NCBI GenBank assembly: GCA_019428815.1
Contig: JAHYJW010000001.1
Location: forward strand, 47,119-111,118
Direction: 5' to 3'
From: Patescibacteria group bacterium
GTDB lineage: Archaea; Nanobdellota; Nanobdellia; Pacearchaeales; GW2011-AR1
Length of the DNA: 64,000 bases
Shown: piece by piece, positions 19,225 through 29,073 of the stretch
How positions within the stretch are numbered: the first letter of the stretch is position 1
Layout of the letters: each line of letters opens with the position of its first letter
Made by a program: the position numbers and the translations under genes
Notes under the pieces: model-generated
The model's database searches: none
What the model was told of the DNA's origin: nothing
The model's input: only the letters and a program-made list of their open reading frames with translations

Positions 19225-19611
19225 TTACCTAATCAAACTTCCTTCTTGAATATCTTCATCTGGTTGTAAAAGACAGACCTTTGTTTCTTTTTCTTTATTA
19301 TTAAATAAATTTTCATCTGTTGCTGCAAGCAACATACCTTGACTTTCAACTCCTCTGATTTTTCTTTTTTCTAAGTTTGTAAATACAATACATCTCTTAT
19401 CTTTAAGTTGTTCAAGAGAATAATAGGGTTTAAGTCCTGCAACTAAAGTTCTTTCCCCTAATTCTTTACCTAAATTTACAATAATTTTGTAAAGTTTATC
19501 TGCTCCTTCAACATTTTCTACTTTGACAATTCTTCCAACTCTCAAATTAATCTTTTGCCAGTCAGAAAATTTAACTGTTTCAATATTTTCAATATTTTCA
19601 ATATGCTCCAT
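19225..19611 (-). CDS. Stand-alone tRNA-binding domain protein (Trbp111/CsaA/MetRS C-terminal-like)
   Basis: Motifs DWQKINLRVGRIVKVENVEGADKLYK...GMLLAA typical of the OB-fold EMAP-like tRNA-binding domain. Confidence 0.7.
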   Translation of the reverse strand: MEHIENIENIETVKFSDWQKINLRVGRIVKVENVEGADKLYKIIVNLGKELGERTLVAGLKPYYSLEQLKDKRCIVFTNLEKRKIRGVESQGMLLAATDENLFNNKEKETKVCLLQPDEDIQEGSLIR

Positions 19612-19645
19612 TTTTAAATTTTTTAAAAAAGTTGATTATTTTTTA

Positions 19646-20422
19646 TTAAGATCTTAAACCAAGTTTTTGCAAAAGTCTTCTGATTATTCTTTCTTGGTCC
19701 TTTTTAGAATTGTAAGGAACATCAAGAATTTTAGCTGCAATTTCTTTATAAGCCCTTGCAGCTCGACTTCTAGGATAAAAATGGACAACCGGACTTTTTA
19801 TACTTATAGACTTTCTAACGTACTCATCTTCAGGGACCATTCCTAAAATAGGAATCTCGATCATTTCTTTTACAACTTCAGAAGAGACCTCAATTTTATC
19901 TTTTCTAACTCTAGTTACAATTATTCCCATTATAGGTTTTTTTAGTTGTTCTGCAAGTTTTACTGCTTTTAAAGCATCAGTAACTGCTGGCATTTCTGGA
20001 TTAGTGACAATAATTAATTCATCAGCCATTTCTATAGCATGTGATGCTTCATTCCCTAAACCTGCTGCACAATCAACAATTATATTCTCAGAAATATTTT
20101 TAAATTGATCCTTAAAATCCTTTAATCTTTCTGACTTGGTTCTTTTTAATTCTTTAATAGAAAGAGAGGAGGGCATTACTTTCATCCCAGATTCATGTTC
20201 ATATACAGCTTCTAATGGGTCTACCTTACCTTTTAAAATATGATTTAAGCTTATTGGAACTTCTGCAGCATTTAGATGGATTCCTACATTTGGTGTTGAA
20301 AAATTCCCGTCTATTATTAAAACGTCTTTTCCAAAATGGTTCATAGCTGCTGCCAAATTTATTGCAGTAGTTGTTTTTCCTACTCCTCCTTTTCCAGATG
20401 TAATAACAATTATTCTTGCCAT
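19646..20422 (-). CDS. minD: MinD/ParA-family P-loop ATPase
   Basis: Deviant Walker A ITSGKGGVGKTTTAINLAAA. 258 aa. Confidence 0.8.
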   Translation of the reverse strand: MARIIVITSGKGGVGKTTTAINLAAAMNHFGKDVLIIDGNFSTPNVGIHLNAAEVPISLNHILKGKVDPLEAVYEHESGMKVMPSSLSIKELKRTKSERLKDFKDQFKNISENIIVDCAAGLGNEASHAIEMADELIIVTNPEMPAVTDALKAVKLAEQLKKPIMGIIVTRVRKDKIEVSSEVVKEMIEIPILGMVPEDEYVRKSISIKSPVVHFYPRSRAARAYKEIAAKILDVPYNSKKDQERIIRRLLQKLGLRS

Positions 20423-20451
20423 GTTATAGTTATAGATAATACCTTGGCTGA

Positions 20452-20907
20452 TTAAGCTAAAAGAAATTGCTTTGTTGTGCTTATAAACTTTTCGAGGTCT
20501 TCTGCGTATACTTTTAATTTATCTAAATTGATGCTTATTTCTCCCCCCCGATAAAACACCTTGAGGGTAACATTTTTTCTGAATTCTCCGGTTCTTTCTC
20601 TTCTAAGTTCTTCAATTTTTCTAAACATCTCATACATCTCAATAACTCTCAGAACACTTTTGTCTTTTTCAAAAAGTTTCTTCATTAAGTCTATTTTACC
20701 AATAGGATTAGGGGGAACTGCGGAAATTTTTTTCTTTTTTTTAGCAAATTTTAAAATTCCATCTATACTTGTCTCTATCATTCTCCTCCAACGTAGGATG
20801 AGATTCATAATCACGTCACACGTTTTAGTATACTTTAAACTCACATAAAGGAGGTGATCTGCACTTATTTTCTCCTGAATTATTTCTTCTATAATGTTCC
20901 CTTCCAT
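20452..20907 (-). CDS. Hypothetical protein; paralog of 20969-21439
   Basis: Shares an N-terminal pattern with its neighbour: EKISADHLLYVSLKY...ETSIDGIL versus KSIKTADHMVYVTFPL...KNSIIYCIGSIL. Confidence 0.35.
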   Translation of the reverse strand: MEGNIIEEIIQEKISADHLLYVSLKYTKTCDVIMNLILRWRRMIETSIDGILKFAKKKKKISAVPPNPIGKIDLMKKLFEKDKSVLRVIEMYEMFRKIEELRRERTGEFRKNVTLKVFYRGGEISINLDKLKVYAEDLEKFISTTKQFLLA

Positions 20908-20968
20908 TTCGTATAAACTAGAATTATAACTTACTAAGCCTACGGGGTTTTTATATCTTTCTCAAAAA

Positions 20969-21439
20969 TCAAAAATTTCTCTTAAATTTTTGATTTGCTT
21001 TTCTTATAAGATTTTTTGCTAAAATCAAAAATTCTTTAACTTTCTCAAGAGTTAAAGTCTTGGGTTTTAGACTATTAGATAATATAACCACCTTGTCCCC
21101 CTTAACAAATTCAAAGGGGCTTTCGTTATGTTTTTCTATAAAATCAAACAATTCTTCAATTAAGAGAATATCCTCTTTGCTTACCTCATATTTAAATGCA
21201 CATTTTTCTGTGAAGGTTCTAAAATTTGATCTTGGGTCCTTATAAAGTGTTATTTTCTTGTATAAATACTCATATTGTAAGATAGAACCAATACAATAGA
21301 TAATTGAATTCTTTATTTCATTAAGAATCTTTAATAAAAGCCTTTTATCTTTGATTAAGGGGAAAGTTACATAGACCATATGATCTGCTGTTTTTATACT
21401 CTTTTCAGCATTTGTCAACCCTTCTAGGAATTTTTCCAT
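20969..21439 (-). CDS. Hypothetical protein; paralog of 20452-20907
   Basis: See the paralog above. 156 aa. Confidence 0.35.
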   Translation of the reverse strand: MEKFLEGLTNAEKSIKTADHMVYVTFPLIKDKRLLLKILNEIKNSIIYCIGSILQYEYLYKKITLYKDPRSNFRTFTEKCAFKYEVSKEDILLIEELFDFIEKHNESPFEFVKGDKVVILSNSLKPKTLTLEKVKEFLILAKNLIRKANQKFKRNF

Positions 21440-21544
21440 AGAAAAACCCCGCTTTTTTGGTTAATATTGTTTTTGGTGATTATAAAATAGGTATCAATTT
21501 CCTTATTTTTAGAATTAAAGGGATCTTATTTGATTAATTACCTT

Positions 21545-21883
21545 TTAACTTAGTTTTAAAATTGCTTCTGCTAAATCTCCGTTTGTTTCTTCTAATGCCT
21601 TTTTTGCATCTTCTTCTTTAGAGCTAGTTTTTTCCATAACAGTTTTGATATCTTCTTCAGAAATCGTATTTTCAGTCACTTCTTTTATTGTTCCTGAAAT
21701 TTGGAAATTTTCTTGGCCTTGCATGGAAATTTTAGTTACAGAAGGGTTTTCAATGATGATTTTTGTGTCATCTTCTTTTTCAATAATTACTCTTAAAGCA
21801 GAAATCTCTTCCTGGTTTATGCCTAGCTGTTTCATCATAGCCTGCATTTTTTTGGGATTTAAACCCCCTAATCCTGGAAGCAT
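21545..21883 (-). CDS. nac: Nascent polypeptide-associated complex protein (NAC alpha homolog)
   Basis: NAC domain IENPSVTKISMQGQENFQISG plus C-terminal UBA-like EEDAKKALEETNGDLAEAILKL. Confidence 0.8.
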   Translation of the reverse strand: MLPGLGGLNPKKMQAMMKQLGINQEEISALRVIIEKEDDTKIIIENPSVTKISMQGQENFQISGTIKEVTENTISEEDIKTVMEKTSSKEEDAKKALEETNGDLAEAILKLS

Positions 21884-21928
21884 CTTAAATTTTTTTTATT
21901 TTTGGATAAAATTCTTTAATTTTAATTG

Positions 21929-22081
21929 TTAAATAAACTCTAAAAAAATTCTAAAAATTATAACTAAAATAATAAAAACTATTACATGTGAGGGTTTGAT
22001 GTTTATCTTACTCTTATATTCATCCCCAAATCTCATTAATCCTCCAAAACCTGCAGGCATTTGGACTTTATTATCTGCCAT
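21929..22081 (-). CDS. secG: Preprotein translocase subunit Sec61-beta / SecG (small ORF missed by ORF track)
   Basis: Manual translation MADNKVQMPAGFGGLMRFGDEYKSKINIKPSHVIVFIILVIIFRIFLEFI (50 aa). Matches the archaeal Sec61-beta pattern AGL-RY-DE---KI--KPEHV followed by a TM helix. Confidence 0.65.
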   Translation of the reverse strand: MADNKVQMPAGFGGLMRFGDEYKSKINIKPSHVIVFIILVIIFRIFLEFI

Positions 22082-22157
22082 ATTATCTTAAAAATTTTTA
22101 GTTATTTAAATTTATATTTTAATCAAATTCAAAGAGTTTTTAAAAGTTATTGTATTC

Positions 22158-24566
22158 TTGGTAATTATGAATCTGAAAGAATTAAAAAATTGGAATATTG
22201 AAGCTGAAAAGGAAATCGCTAAAAAATGGGAAAATTCTAATATTTTTAATTTTAATCCCAAAACAAGAAAAAAAGTATATTCTATTGATACCCCTCCGCC
22301 ATATGTCAATGCTCCCGTACATATTGGTCAGGCGATTACATACTGTTATATGGATTTTTTTGCAAGATATAAAAGGATGAGGGGTTATGAGGTACTTTTT
22401 CCATTGGGTTTAGATAGAAATGGGTTACCTATTGAAATTGCTGCAGAAAAGAAGTATAATATCTCTGCATTTAAAATGTCTCGTGCTGAATTCTTGGATT
22501 ATTGTAAAAAGTTATTAAACGAAACAAGTTACGAAACAAAAGACACTTTTTCAAGACTTGGTATTTCTTTTTCATCTTACAAAGAGGGAGGTTCTTTAGG
22601 TTCTGTTTATCTTACAGATTCAGAAGAATATAGAACTTTAACCCAGAAAACATTTATTGAACTTTACAAAAAAGGTTTAGTCTATGAAGATATGAGAATT
22701 ACAAATTGGGACCCTAAACTCCAAACAACAATTGCTGATTCTGAAATAGAATATAAAAATTTGTCTTCTACTTTTAATTATGTAAAATGGAAAGTAAAAG
22801 AAACTAATCAGGAAATTATAATTGCGACTACTAGACCAGAATTAATTTGTACTTGTGGTAGGGTTATATTTAATCCTAAAGATAAAAGGTATAAATCCCT
22901 TAATGGAAAAACTGCGATTTCTCCTTTATTTAACAAAGAAGTCCCAATTAAAGCACATCCTTTAGCGAGTTTAGAAAAAGGAACAGGTTTGGCTATGATG
23001 TGTTCTATGGGGGATCTTTCAGATATTCAGTTTTTTAGAGATGAAAAAATAAAACCCCTTATTGCAATTGATATTTGTGGAGAAATGAATAAAAATGCAG
23101 GCTTTTTGGCAGGTCTTAAAGTAAGAGAAGCAAGAAAAAAGATAATTGAAGAATTAAAAGATAAGGGCCTTTTAGAAAAACAAGAAAACATAACCCATCG
23201 CACACCTATTTCAGAGAGGTCTGGTGCAGAGATAGAATTTATAGAAATGCCTGAATTTTATTTAAAGCAACTCCATTTTAAAGATTTAATAAAAAAATTA
23301 TCTAAAAAAATTAAATTTTATCCTCAAACAGCGAGAAAGATATTAGATGACTGGATTGACTCAATTTCCATAGACTGGCCAATTTCAAGAAGGAGATTTT
23401 ATTCTACAGAAATACCTTTGTGGTATGCTTATGATAAAGATAAAAAAAATAAATTTATTGCGGTTCCACCATCAGGACATTATTACAAGCCTTGGAACGA
23501 AAAAGTTCCTTTAAATTCTGAAGTTTTTAAAGATCATAAAAAAGTTGGGCAAATTAAGGACCCTGAATTTAAGAATCTTCAATGGACTGGAGAATTAAGA
23601 GTATTTGATACCTGGATGGATTCTTCAATTTCAGAATTATTTATAATAAAATACCTTGAAAAAGAGGACTTTTTTAAGAAATCTTATCCAGTTAGTTTAA
23701 GACCTCAGGGTAAGGAGATTATCAGAACCTGGCTTTATTACACTCTTCTTAGGGGTTTTTTAGAAACTGGTAAAATGCCCTTTAAAGAAGTGTGGATAAA
23801 CCAGCATATCTTAGATGGTAAGAATAGAAAAATGAGTAAATCTTTAGGAAATGTTATTGATCCTCAATATCTACTATCTAATTATGGTGCTGAAGCAATA
23901 AGATTTTGGTCAGCAATTGAAGGAGATCTGTCTAAGCAAGACTTAAGCTGTTCAGAAGAGCGAATTAAAGCAGAACAAAAAACACTTAATAAAATTTTGA
24001 ATATTTCTAAATTTGTAATGTTATTTGAAAAACCAAAAAAAATTGATTTTAAAATTACCCCTTTAGATAAACTTTTTATTGATTATATTGAAGAACTAAC
24101 TAATTTTTCACAAAGAGAGTATGAAAAATATAACTTTTATGGTCCGGCCATAAAACTTCGTAATTTTTTATGGGATTTATTTGCTTCACACTACATTGAA
24201 ATTGTTAAAAATAGAGCTTATAATCAAGAAGAAAATTTTTCAGAAGAAGAATGTAAATCCGCTAAGTATACCCTTCATTTTTTATTAGAAAGACTTCTTA
24301 TTCTCCTTTATCCTATTATTCCCCAGATAACTTCTTTTATTTTATTAGAAAAGGGGATTAAGGTCTTAGATTCAAAATGGCCGGTTTCTAAAAATGTAAA
24401 ATCAAATTCTACTTTATTATCAGAGATAATTTCTTTTAATAGTAAAATCTGGAAAGAAAAAAAGGAAAAAGGATTAAGTCTTAAAAGTCAGATATCAGAT
24501 ATTGAAATTCCCAAAAAATTAAAAGACTTTGAAAAAGATTTAAAGATAGCACATAGTTTAGTTTAA
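22158..24566 (+). CDS. Class Ia aminoacyl-tRNA synthetase (Val/Ile/Leu-type; compact 802 aa, possibly valyl-tRNA synthetase)
   Basis: HIGH-type motif PVHIGQA, KMSKS motif KMSKSLGNVIDP, ARYKRMRGYEVLFPLGLDRNGLPIE and FDTWMDSS motifs. Which of Val/Ile/Leu cannot be decided by eye. Confidence 0.8.
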   Translation: MVIMNLKELKNWNIEAEKEIAKKWENSNIFNFNPKTRKKVYSIDTPPPYVNAPVHIGQAITYCYMDFFARYKRMRGYEVLFPLGLDRNGLPIEIAAEKKYNISAFKMSRAEFLDYCKKLLNETSYETKDTFSRLGISFSSYKEGGSLGSVYLTDSEEYRTLTQKTFIELYKKGLVYEDMRITNWDPKLQTTIADSEIEYKNLSSTFNYVKWKVKETNQEIIIATTRPELICTCGRVIFNPKDKRYKSLNGKTAISPLFNKEVPIKAHPLASLEKGTGLAMMCSMGDLSDIQFFRDEKIKPLIAIDICGEMNKNAGFLAGLKVREARKKIIEELKDKGLLEKQENITHRTPISERSGAEIEFIEMPEFYLKQLHFKDLIKKLSKKIKFYPQTARKILDDWIDSISIDWPISRRRFYSTEIPLWYAYDKDKKNKFIAVPPSGHYYKPWNEKVPLNSEVFKDHKKVGQIKDPEFKNLQWTGELRVFDTWMDSSISELFIIKYLEKEDFFKKSYPVSLRPQGKEIIRTWLYYTLLRGFLETGKMPFKEVWINQHILDGKNRKMSKSLGNVIDPQYLLSNYGAEAIRFWSAIEGDLSKQDLSCSEERIKAEQKTLNKILNISKFVMLFEKPKKIDFKITPLDKLFIDYIEELTNFSQREYEKYNFYGPAIKLRNFLWDLFASHYIEIVKNRAYNQEENFSEEECKSAKYTLHFLLERLLILLYPIIPQITSFILLEKGIKVLDSKWPVSKNVKSNSTLLSEIISFNSKIWKEKKEKGLSLKSQISDIEIPKKLKDFEKDLKIAHSLV

Positions 24567-24617
24567 AAGATTACTTTGTTAGGTATTTTAAAAGGTTAGA
24601 GTATCTTAAGTTTTAAG

Positions 24618-25709
24618 ATGGCAAAAATTAGTAAATTAGAATTATCTGAAATTATTGAAGAACTTGAAGAATATAAAGGGCGAGCTACAGAATTAGTAAC
24701 GGTCTATATACCTGAAGGTCAAAATATTTACACTGTTAGTGATCAACTTGAGGCTGAAAAATCTACTGCAAAAAATATTAAGTCTACAACAACTAGGAAA
24801 AATGTTGGAAATGCTTTGGATAAAATCACTCGTCAATTGAAAGAATATAAAAAAACTCCTGAAAATGGATTAGCAATTTTTTGTGGAAATATATCCCAAA
24901 TAGAAGGCCAAGAAGATTTAAGAATTTGGGATGTTGAACCCCCCTTGCCTTTAAATACAAGGATGTATAGATGCGATAAAGAATTTATTCTCGATCCCTT
25001 AAAAGAAATGTTAGAAGTTTCTGAAGTTTTTGGACTTTTGGTTATGGATAGAAAAGAAGCAACAATGGGTCTTTTGAAAGGAAAAAATATTGAAGTTCTT
25101 CAAAAAATGACTTCGGGAATCCCTAGTAAGATTCGTGCAGGAGGCCAGTCAAGTCAGCGTTTTCATAGGATTACCGAAGGATTAACTAAAGAATTTTATA
25201 AAAGAATTGCAGATGAGATGAAGAATCTTTTCTTTAATATGCCTAAATTAAAAGGAATCCTTGTTGGAGGGCCGATTCCTACAAAAGATGAATTTTTAGA
25301 TGGAGATTACCTTTTGACACCTTTAAGAGTGAAAGTGATTGGCAAATTAGATCTGGGAGATAGTTCTGAATCCGGATTAGGAGAGCTTGTAGAGAAAGCA
25401 CAAGATATATTATCTGACCATGAAAGAACCCTTGAAAAAAAAGAAGTCGAACGTCTTTTTCAAAGTTTAGGTAAAGATCCTGAAAAAACAGTTTTAGGAG
25501 AAGAAAAAGTTAAGCGAGCACTTGAATTAGGTTCTGTTGATACGCTTTTTTTGTCAGAAAAAGTTCCAAAATCAAAAATAAAAGAATTAACTAAAATAGC
25601 TGAAGATATGAGTTCTGATATAAGACTAATCTCTACAGAGATTACTGAGGGAGAACAATTCTTTAATATTGGAGGAATTGGGGCGATTTTAAGATTCAAG
25701 ATATCTTAA
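24618..25709 (+). CDS. prf1: Peptide chain release factor aRF1
   Basis: NIKS motif (AKNIKSTTTRKNV) and GGQ motif (IRAGGQSSQRF). Confidence 0.85.
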   Translation: MAKISKLELSEIIEELEEYKGRATELVTVYIPEGQNIYTVSDQLEAEKSTAKNIKSTTTRKNVGNALDKITRQLKEYKKTPENGLAIFCGNISQIEGQEDLRIWDVEPPLPLNTRMYRCDKEFILDPLKEMLEVSEVFGLLVMDRKEATMGLLKGKNIEVLQKMTSGIPSKIRAGGQSSQRFHRITEGLTKEFYKRIADEMKNLFFNMPKLKGILVGGPIPTKDEFLDGDYLLTPLRVKVIGKLDLGDSSESGLGELVEKAQDILSDHERTLEKKEVERLFQSLGKDPEKTVLGEEKVKRALELGSVDTLFLSEKVPKSKIKELTKIAEDMSSDIRLISTEITEGEQFFNIGGIGAILRFKIS

Positions 25710-25802
25710 TTTGATTAAACTTTATAATTTGGATAAGTTAATCATCTTTTTTAAAATATTTAGAAATAATTAAAATTATTCCCAAATTTTCAGACTGATT
25801 TT

Positions 25803-26528
25803 TTAAATTAGTTGAACAAACCAATTAGGGAATATTCCTCCGTCGTTACAGTGATACGATTTTCGCGTAATTTGGTTTAAATTATTTCTTACAGTGATGT
25901 CGTATTCTCTCAAAAGTTCTTGATTTTCTTCAGAAATAACAAGTTGGGGAGGTTTAAACAAACTTGGTTTAAAACCGAAACAGTCCTCAAATATCTCTAT
26001 TGCTTCTTCAATTTCTGAAGCATTTATTTTTTCTTCAAACTCTTTGTAGGAGTGCATATAACCATGAAGTCCAATTGTTTTATTTAAAGAAAGAATCATC
26101 TCACACCATTCTGGATCTTCAGATACTGGAATTCCTTCAAATTTAGGGATTACCCAAATAGTGTTAAAGTTATATTTTTCAATCTCAGGACAATCAATAG
26201 AAGGGTGTAAATCATCTAATTGTGCAGGATTTACTATCCGGGTAAGTGATAAAAGGGGGATTATCAATAAGATAAACAATCCTAAGAGGATTAAAATCTT
26301 TTTTACTTTTTCTTTCCATTCATTGTTTTTATTCAAATCTCTCTTTTCAGATTTTTTATCCTGATTTTTTTTACTCTCTTTACTTTTTTTATTATCTTTT
26401 TTATTCCTTTTTTCATTAACAGTCGCCTCTTTTTTAAGAGGTTTTATAGTTTTTATTGGTCGTGCCTTTTTTCCATTATCTTTAGAAGAATTCTCTTTTG
26501 AAGTGTTTTTGTTTTTTTTCTTTTCCAT
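25803..26528 (-). CDS. Hypothetical membrane protein with Lys-rich N-terminal tail
   Basis: Highly basic N-terminus, one TM (ILILLGLFILLIIPLLSL), then a 150-aa C-terminal domain of unknown function. Confidence 0.35.
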   Translation of the reverse strand: MEKKKNKNTSKENSSKDNGKKARPIKTIKPLKKEATVNEKRNKKDNKKSKESKKNQDKKSEKRDLNKNNEWKEKVKKILILLGLFILLIIPLLSLTRIVNPAQLDDLHPSIDCPEIEKYNFNTIWVIPKFEGIPVSEDPEWCEMILSLNKTIGLHGYMHSYKEFEEKINASEIEEAIEIFEDCFGFKPSLFKPPQLVISEENQELLREYDITVRNNLNQITRKSYHCNDGGIFPNWFVQLI

Positions 26529-26554
26529 CTTAACTGTTAAATTTCTCTGGGATA

Positions 26555-27145
26555 ATGCTTATAAATAGTTTTTGGTACTTATTAATAATGGTTGAAATAG
26601 GTGATTTTGGGGAGAGTAAGAGTTTAGAAAAGTTTTCTGAAATTGATCACTTGAAAACCTTAGAGGCAATATTTTTTGTTTCTGGAAGATTTTTGAACAT
26701 GCAAGAATTGGTTTCTATTTCTGATTTAAATCCTATAATAATAAGGGAGTTAATAAATAGACTTAAGGAAAGATACTCTGAGGTAAACTCTGCTATCCAA
26801 ATTATTGAAAAAGGCGATAAAGGAAAAGAGATGTGGAAAATGGATATCAAACAAGAGTATTACTACCTTGCTAATAGGCTTGCTTCTGGGAGTAGTGAAT
26901 TTTCTAAAGCAGAAAAAGAAACTCTTGCGATTATTGCATACAAAGAGTTGATTAAACAGTCTGTAGTTATAAAGATTCGAGGAAATAAAGCTTATGATCA
27001 TATAAAAAAGTTCTCAGAACTTGGCCTCATTAAAAAGAAGAAAACAGGCCATACCTATGACCTTAGTTTAAGTGATGAATTTTATAATTATTTTAATGTA
27101 AGCGGAGAAGATATGAAAAAAAATAAAGGGAAGGAAGAAAATTAA
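26555..27145 (+). CDS. Putative ScpB-like winged-helix protein
   Basis: LEAIFFVSGRFLNMQELVSI resembles the ScpB N-terminal wH motif. A second wH-like segment follows. Weak. Confidence 0.35.
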   Translation: MLINSFWYLLIMVEIGDFGESKSLEKFSEIDHLKTLEAIFFVSGRFLNMQELVSISDLNPIIIRELINRLKERYSEVNSAIQIIEKGDKGKEMWKMDIKQEYYYLANRLASGSSEFSKAEKETLAIIAYKELIKQSVVIKIRGNKAYDHIKKFSELGLIKKKKTGHTYDLSLSDEFYNYFNVSGEDMKKNKGKEEN

Positions 27146-27146
27146 T

Positions 27147-28379
27147 ATGGATGTTTTAACTATTATTTATCTGTTTTATGCATTTATAGGATTTTATTTT
27201 CTTTTTCTTTACTTTTTAGTCTATTTAAAAAATTATAACAAAATCTTTTCTTATCCCAAACTAACTAAAATTTATTCTTTAAGTGTTGTTGTTCCATGTT
27301 ATAATGAAGAAAAAAGTATCGGGAAAACGATAGAATCCATTTTAGGTGTAGATTATAAAGGACTTAAAAAAATTTTTGTTGTAGATGATTGCAGTTCTGA
27401 TAATTCATTCAAGATTATTCAGGAATATGCTAAAAAATATCCCGAGAAAGTTGTTGCATTAAAAACTCCTAAAAATACTGGGAAAGCTAGCGGCTCTAAA
27501 AACTATGGTGCACAATTTGCAGATACTGAATTAGTTGCATTTGTTGATGCAGATTCTTACCCTAGCAAAGACTCCTTGCAGAAAATGGTGGGTTATTTTG
27601 ATGATAGTAAAGTAGCAGCTGTAACTGCTCCGATCCTCGTTCAAAAGAGAGAGAAATTTATTGAAAAATTACAAGCTATTGAATATAGACTAATTGCTTT
27701 TTCTAGAAAAATTCTCGGGTTTTTAGACTCAATTTATGTTACCCCTGGCCCTTTAGCAATATACAGAAAAAGTTATTTTGATAAATTAGGGAGATTCGAT
27801 GAAGATAACCTTACTGAGGATATAGAACTAACCTGGAGACTTCTTTCAAAGGGATACCGAATTGAAATGAGCTTTCTTGCAAAGGTCTATACTGTTGCTC
27901 CTGATTTATTCAAAGATTGGTATAAACAAAGGATTAGGTGGAATGTTGGAGGAATTCAAACAATTGTAAAGTATCGAAAGTTCTTTGCAAAAAGAGGCAT
28001 TTTAGGTAGTTTTGTTTTACCTTTTTTTGTTTTTTCATGGGTTATTGGTCTCTTGGGAATTGGTATTCTAATCTATAGGGGGATTAGGAGATTAATTCTC
28101 CATTTCCTTGTAACTCAGTATTCTATAACTGCTCAAACAGCAATTTTAACCTTAAGAGATATAAATCTCAATCCTACTACGTTAATGATATTTGGAGTTG
28201 CATTAGTAATTCTTAGTACTTCCTATTCTCTTTTGGCAATTTTTCATCTTAAAGAGAAAGAATTTAAAAACATCCGCTTATTTAGTTTTGTAACCTATTC
28301 GTTTATTTATGTACTTGTATATCCGGTGATACTTGTTACATCTATAATCAGATATTTCAAAAAAATAAGATCTTGGTAA
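27147..28379 (+). CDS. Family-2 glycosyltransferase, processive synthase type (membrane-integrated)
   Basis: VVVPCYNEE, VDDCSSDNS and FVDADSYP (DXD) motifs, plus the QRIRW motif diagnostic of processive GT2 enzymes. Multiple flanking TM helices. Confidence 0.8.
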   Translation: MDVLTIIYLFYAFIGFYFLFLYFLVYLKNYNKIFSYPKLTKIYSLSVVVPCYNEEKSIGKTIESILGVDYKGLKKIFVVDDCSSDNSFKIIQEYAKKYPEKVVALKTPKNTGKASGSKNYGAQFADTELVAFVDADSYPSKDSLQKMVGYFDDSKVAAVTAPILVQKREKFIEKLQAIEYRLIAFSRKILGFLDSIYVTPGPLAIYRKSYFDKLGRFDEDNLTEDIELTWRLLSKGYRIEMSFLAKVYTVAPDLFKDWYKQRIRWNVGGIQTIVKYRKFFAKRGILGSFVLPFFVFSWVIGLLGIGILIYRGIRRLILHFLVTQYSITAQTAILTLRDINLNPTTLMIFGVALVILSTSYSLLAIFHLKEKEFKNIRLFSFVTYSFIYVLVYPVILVTSIIRYFKKIRSW

Positions 28380-28380
28380 A

Positions 28381-29073
28381 ATGGTTAAAATTAATGAAGA
28401 TTATAAGTCCTCAAAGAATTCGAGAAGTTCTTTTTGGCAGGCATTTATCTTAACAGTCCTTGTTTTTGTTGGAGGTATCCTCTTTGGGATGTTTTATGAA
28501 GGAAATAGATTTGATAAGATAAGTGATTATTATGTTAATTCAGAAGTCTTTTTGATGGATTCTTTTGCTTTAACAGAAATCACAGACTTAGGGTTAACAG
28601 AAGGTATTAATTGTGAAATTTTAATTAATGTAAATGTTGAATTTGCTGATAAAATTTATTCTGAAGCTCTTCTTCTTGAAAAGTATGATGAATCTCAACA
28701 ATTAGCCAAAACATTAGATTTAATGCATATGAAATATGATCTTTTAAGAACTTTACTTTGGATTAATACCTTAAAAATTCCACAAGAGTGCACAAGGGAA
28801 AAATCTGTTTTGATCTATCTCTTTGAAAGAAAAAGTGAAGATTTAACAAAAAAGGCTACAAATACTGTTTGGTCAAGAATCCTCTTTGATCTCAAACAGG
28901 AAATGGGAAATGAATTAATTTTGATTCCAATCGGGGTTGATAGTGATATCACCTCTCTTAACACTATGCTCTCAAGGTTTGAAATCTCAGAATATCCCGC
29001 TTTGGTTATCAATGAAGAGGAGGTTTTAACAGAAATTCAATCAGTAGAGGAACTTAAAAATCACTTAAAATAA
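28381..29073 (+). CDS. Hypothetical membrane-anchored protein, co-operonic with GT2
   Basis: Start 2 bp after the GT2 stop. One N-terminal TM. No known motif. Confidence 0.35.
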   Translation: MVKINEDYKSSKNSRSSFWQAFILTVLVFVGGILFGMFYEGNRFDKISDYYVNSEVFLMDSFALTEITDLGLTEGINCEILINVNVEFADKIYSEALLLEKYDESQQLAKTLDLMHMKYDLLRTLLWINTLKIPQECTREKSVLIYLFERKSEDLTKKATNTVWSRILFDLKQEMGNELILIPIGVDSDITSLNTMLSRFEISEYPALVINEEEVLTEIQSVEELKNHLK

